Of a stretch of DNA of 64,000 bases, positions 58,532-64,000 are shown piece after piece. The notes beneath the pieces were generated by a model. That model made no database searches, was not told the origin of the DNA, and worked only from the letters and a program-made list of their open reading frames with translations. A program made the position numbers and the translations under genes. This DNA comes from Dimorphilus gyrociliatus. Its lineage: Eukaryota; Animalia; Annelida. The stretch covers positions 3,168,684 to 3,232,683 of the forward strand of contig CAJFCJ010000019.1 in assembly GCA_904063045.1 (NCBI GenBank), written 5' to 3'. Each line of letters starts with the position of its first letter. Position 1 is the first letter of the stretch.

Positions 58532-61500
58532 CTAACACGTTTATAAAAACAAAAAGACTATTAAAAAGTCTATATTGAAATTTAGACGTGTCTCTAGTTT
58601 AATATAATAAATTTCGAATTGGTCGAAGTACAGAAGGATTAATGTTTTAAATTAAATATCACCAAATAAAGGAATACGGTAGAATAAAGAGGAAAAAGTA
58701 ATTCCTAGACATACATACATACGTTACTATACAGACATTGCACCGCTGTTTAGTTGACGCTATGAAACGAGATTTTCACTTTTCCTAACGCTATAAACTT
58801 TCAACGAAAGGTGACATCTTAATTATAACTTCGGTGGCCTCATTTTGAACTTTGAAAAAATAATTTAATAAATAATATCTATATTAAATTTTTAATATCC
58901 CATATAAAATGTTGATAACACAAGAAGAGTATCGCCGCACTTTTAGTATCTTTATAGCTAATATAGCAACAAAAAAATGTTATATACGATTGACATTGCG
59001 ATAAAGCTTTACAGATCGGATTGATTGGTATATACCTTACATATCTATAGTGACTATGTAACAATTTTACGGATTGTTTGTATAGTTTCCTATTAAGATT
59101 ATGCTTTGGATAAGGATCACTATTGAATTCAAATGAGACGGTTTGATCAAACAATAGTCCTAGTTTTTTTTTTTAAAAACAAATAAAATTAGCTTTTAAA
59201 GTTACAATTTAATAATTACATGCAACATGAAACTTTAGCCTCGCGTATAGTTATACATGTTTAACTGAAAACAATTCGACTTGTTTCGTTCACTTGATGA
59301 ACAGCAGATGGCATTTCAATTTTAAGGGTTCACGAAGCGACATCTAGCGCTCTGTTCTGAAAAATATTGTTTAGGGTCATGGATAAACTATTAGGGCGGA
59401 AATGTAAAATATATTGCATTTATATTATAATTAAGGATTGTTAATGAACATCTAAGGCCATGCCGCCTAAAGCTAGTGACTGAGAGAGCTGCAATTTATA
59501 GCCGTCTCGCACCACTTCGTTTCGGAAGTGGTTTACTATATCGGCTCTTTGATGTGTTTAATCGTTGAAAAGAATTTGCGCACCGTCACCCCCACCTAGC
59601 TAATAAAGTTTTACCAAACACGTTAATCTGACAAAGACCCTTCCGGTCAGCTCGTTCGATTCGCATCGAATCACCAGGGGTTCGGACAAGAGCAATCATT
59701 TTGTATATAGATAGGGTGATTAACTTTGCAAAATTGTATATATATATACATTTGATCAGATATGTATATCAATTTTGTATTAATCGCAGTTTGTTACATA
59801 GTTGATTGAATGAAGAATGAAAACATTAAAATTTTCCGAATATCTTGCATATATTGAAACATAAATGAAATTCCAGTCAACGTGTCAAACTTATGACGTT
59901 CGTTGTCTTTTCGAGTGGTTTATTCTCAACAAGCCCACATACCAGCCACGCCTAAGGCCATAACTGCATTGATATTCGACAATTTATCGCTTCGGTGAAC
60001 TGATGATTTTCTTCATACATATGCAACACCTCTCTCCTTCTTTGTGTACATTATTCGTAAGCCAAATGCATATATTAATATAATATATAGACTTGTAATT
60101 TTCCACTTTGAATATTACTGTTGTAATTTGAATAATTTAGTTTATGTTTATGATTCCATGGATTTTTTTTTACTTCTTTTTTTTGGAGCTAAATTTATTT
60201 TATCCTCTCTTTTTTTATCCCCAACACAGTATAAATAAGAGAAATCAGTTTACACGAAATCTCAATGGCTTGCCTCGATTTTGGAGTGTTCTGATTTATC
60301 AGCAGATAAGTACAAGGTGATACAGGTACAACGCCCGGCGCCGCTAAAGCTTCAAAGTGAAAAGGAGTAAAGTTGAAGTTGACAGGCGTCTAGCTCGCTT
60401 TTTAAACTGTTTACCTACGTTTTGTAATCACTCGGTATTGTTTGCAGTGCGTATACGAAGGTACGTGATTCCTCTTCTTTTCTTATCACCATATGCATTT
60501 TACAATAGAAGACTTAAACTGTTGAAGAGTCACTCATTTATGTATAAATTTTAGACGTTTTGTTTGCATAATAACGAATGGAATTTGCTAGGCCTCAGAA
60601 TTATCTTTGGGCCTTTTAAGCAAATGATTGAAGAGTATTACGTCATTTTCCCAGTCAATTCCCACAACTTTTCATCTATTCGAAATCAGAGCAAAATATT
60701 CGTTGAACGAGTGCGAAACGTGCCGATTACTTCCTGTCTTAGTTGAGCACGTGTTTGAAGCATATTTCTGACAAACCCATATTAAATAGTTGTACTATGT
60801 GGAATTTCATCAATCTTCTCAATCTTGCATCAATTAGCTTGAAATACGACACTATTGATCATGGATCATTCAGACTCCGAAATACAATGTCGCATTCTCG
60901 AGTCTCTTGCATAACCGCTCCTTTCGTAGCCATTCGCAAAATGCTCGTTTGACGAATCTATAAAAAGCATTCGGTTAATCCTTATATACCTGCGTTGACC
61001 CCTGCTTGACCAGTATTTTATTTACGCCCTCCTCTATATACCATACATTTCCTAAGTGGCACCATTCAATTAACATTTTCATAAAACACACCTGTGCATA
61101 ACGTATCATATTATGTAACAACATTTGGGACATTGACTGATTAGGTGTTTACCAGACGCGTGCCCATGAGTAAGAAACAACTATGCTATCCTTAGTAAAC
61201 GAGTGGATGCATAAGTACAGTATGTAAATTTGGAAGGTTCAAAGTTCAAGCGTCAGTTAAATTAGTTCTACGTACCAGCGATCGTTTCCTATTTCGCGAT
61301 CTGATTTTACGGTACAGGTGTCGATTTATCAATTGTGCAGATAACGGGCTAAACACATTAAACATTTACTACACAAAATACTAGGATTAATGTCCGTTTT
61401 AAGAACAGTAAACGATAAAGTTTATTTTTATTTTCATAAATTATCTATCAGCAATATAATGAATCTTTTGTTAAAAGATTTTTATATTTTCCAGCGTAGC

Positions 61501-61954
61501 CTTTTGTTTACTATATATATTTTTGAGATTACCACCATCATCATTGGGTTATCATCCTATTAACAATAGATGATAAGATAATCTCTGTCGATAACTTTCA
61601 AGATCCTATTGCTCTTACTAGCTTTAGTGCCTGGGATAGCGTGAATAAAATATATTAGTCTTTTTTTGCTGATTCTTAACAAACAACTTTGATCTGGTTT
61701 CATTAGAATTTTAATTCTTAATGAAATTTTTATATATATAATGATACCAACGGAGTTTAAAGTATCATAAAGAACATATTTAAGAGCGCAGGTGCGTTCC
61801 AACATATACTATCTAACAAGATTTAAGTGTTTTTCTGAGACTGGTCAAAGCCTGTTGTTGTGATATTCGAGTGCTAAATATGTTCTGATTGTTTGCTGTA
61901 CGGCACCGACGCGATCGGGCGTCAATTAGAAGTTATAAGAGAGCATCGGAATGT

Positions 61955-61999
61955 GAGGCGGAGTCTGATCGCTGATTGGATAGAGTAAAATTATAAATA
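61955..61999 (+). promoter_or_regulatory. Putative core promoter (GC box, CCAAT, TATA)
   Basis: GAGGCGGAG 61955, ATTGG 61975, TATAAATA 61992, in canonical order upstream of the ATG at 62062. Confidence 0.45.
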
Positions 62000-62061
62000 G
62001 GCGTACGGAACTTTTCGCGTAAATCTTTAGCGTTTGACACGCGCTCACTACGGGCATTGGA

Positions 62062-64000
62062 ATGTGTACGAATTTAACGAAATCTGATACATTTCCCACA
62101 GGATGCGAAAGGAGCTTTTCTCTTCATCGGACAGCTACAGATCCTGGCGTTTACTCTTATCAAATTCCTGATAGGTTGGTTTTGGTTCCGTCGGCTGTAG
62201 AGAAACAATCGTCTGGCTTAATAAGAGACGTTTTCTATGAATGTAAAAAATTAGCATCTTACGCTCTTCCACTCTCCTTCTCCTTCAACTGTCTTGTCTT
62301 CAAAAGTAAACCTTTAATCAATAGACAAAATGAATATGGTATAGTTGTTGTTTTGTGCCCATCAAGCCATGGAGTAGAGGATCAAAGGTGGAGGAACTAT
62401 GGCGAAGCAGAGCTTATTGGGGCATGCTTTGCTCCTAAATTTATTAAACCAGGTTTGTTTTATATTTCAAAAGTTACAGCTAAGTTTTTCTTAAGTCAGT
62501 AGTTAATCAAATCAAAACTAGCTTCATAGAATGAATGGTTGACTGTGGCGGCGAGATCAAACGAAGTATTTCTATACCAACAAAAGTCCGTATTCGACTA
62601 GGTTAAACGTTTATCGTCAGACAGTTTTGATGAATGCATAAGTTAGACATAATCTTTCTCTGTTAAGAAAATATAGAATTTCAAAAAGTTTTTATCCTCT
62701 TATCTAATTGAAGAAGCTTTATACTTAAAATGGTGCTGATTTTATATTCAACTATATGGTACGCTCATATGGTTTTCCAGCACGAAGCTTTTAGGCTATT
62801 CAATATTGATTTAAGCGATTGCTGACAGCCTACAGCAGTATTCTTTCTATAGGATTTAAAGCACAAGTAGGCCTAAACAGGCGCGGCGTCGAAGTTTTGA
62901 ATCTATAGACGTGTATTGACACTGGTTTTTACGCCTAACGGAACGACTGTGGAATTCGAGGATTGTTCGGTATTTGAGTATTGCTTTAAGATTTATCGAA
63001 GGGTTTTTTCTTTAAATCTTTACTTTAGGCCCAAAGTATTTAGTCTTTTGGCGTTATCGTCTAAAGTTATGCGCCGGAAATGTATTATTTCGTGGCACTT
63101 TATCTACTATATCGCATTTCGTTTAATTTGCGTTTCAAATTTTCCAGGTAAACTTCGAATACGACTGGTATCAAACTACATTAAACCGGATATTGTGCAG
63201 GACGAAGCAGGATTTTTTAAAGAGGAGAATCATTTTAGAGGTGGACAAGTGGAAAAACAATTCGCATGCTTGAATAAGGTTCGTGGGAATGAAATAATGA
63301 TAATATAAAAACACGCTATCACTACAATGGTTGTCATAACATTCGTTTCCGTTACGCTAATTACTTTAGCAGTGGTTGACACTGCGGCTTCAAAGTATTT
63401 TTGATAAACATTTGTCCTTTGTTAACAGGGAAATGGTGATTTATGCACGGGTAAAGTAGTGGTTGAGAGCGTTAGAGGGGAAACAAGCGAAACAATCTTT
63501 GAAATCAACTTATACTGGAAGAATAAAATAACACCTGATATAAATGATACTGATGAACAATGGGCTCTTTTAGCGATCAAGGAATTAGCTTGTAAGTATT
63601 TCAGATCACTGCAAATGTGTATATAATAATGTAAATATAGGCCCTAAATACCTAAATAAACGTGACCTTTGACCGAAACCTCAAATGGTCAGTTTCGCAT
63701 ATGTATATATAGCGCACGTCGTACGCGTGTCTGTTTGTTCAAAACCGCGTGGCAGGTAGGGGCCTTGTAATCGAATTTACTTTTCCCATCATTCAATATT
63801 TCTTACACGTTTAGGTATGCTTCGAATAAATGACGAAGAAAACTGGCGTATTTTAGCTCATGAATTGCACGTTAGCGAAGCTGAAATCTCGTACACCTTA
63901 ACACCCTCCCCAGATCCGATTGCAAGATTATTTTTATTATACAAACGACGCGGTGGAACACCTCAGCGATTCGTGCAATCATTGTATGCTGCCAGTAGGC
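62062..64000 (+). CDS. UPA-like plus death-domain protein, 3'-truncated by the window. Exons 62062 (or 62102)-62452, 63148-63278, 63429-63591, 63815 to the window end
   Basis: Exon phases join cleanly (1, 0, 1). The last exon NWRILAHELHVSEAEI...LFLLYKRRGGT...SLY fits a death-fold pattern. The preceding beta-rich segment (FNCLVFK...KPG|KLRIRL...EKQF...TGKVVVE) resembles the UPA domain of ankyrin/UNC5/PIDD by eye. Confidence 0.6.

Noticed and set aside
60230-61000. Exon-like segments upstream of the UPA-DD gene
   Set aside because: Stops occur in all frames tested on both strands; no ZU5 or ankyrin signature could be assembled.
62916-63308. 130-aa track ORF taken as one exon
   Set aside because: Only 63148-63278 has proper splice sites and fits the flanking exon phases; the rest reads like intron.

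Overview
Eukaryotic (animal) genomic DNA from a very compact genome: most constitutive introns are about 50-70 nt, and CpG looks undepleted by eye. This fits a miniaturised lophotrochozoan genome such as the annelid Dimorphilus, but the species is an inference I cannot verify. The window holds a dense run of chromatin and developmental regulators, with exons assembled by hand from GT-AG sites and reading frame: TET(-), H2A.Z(-), an orphan SH2-like gene(+), COUP-TF/NR2F(-) in about 19 kb of apparently gene-free DNA, Rbfox(+), TCF/LEF(+), KAT6/MOZ(+), two convergent Pitx paralogues(+/-) and a truncated UPA-like/death-domain gene(+). The most interesting signals are regulatory. (1) The 93-nt RRM cassette exon of Rbfox is wrapped in six TGCATG sites, and a candidate poison exon lies just downstream. 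(2) TCF has tandem HMG-box exons only 26 nt apart, a candidate internal first exon giving a form without the beta-catenin-binding domain, and about 12 TCF sites in its own locus. Both genes therefore appear to encode self-triggered dominant-negative feedback. (3) The Pitx pair is a lineage-specific duplication with OAR decay in one copy and a cluster of CRE palindromes. (4) CTCF-like motifs sit at the gene-domain borders. (5) The gene content mirrors the human 4q/10q/5q/8p paralogon. No CRISPR array, rRNA, tRNA or recognisable transposon was seen.
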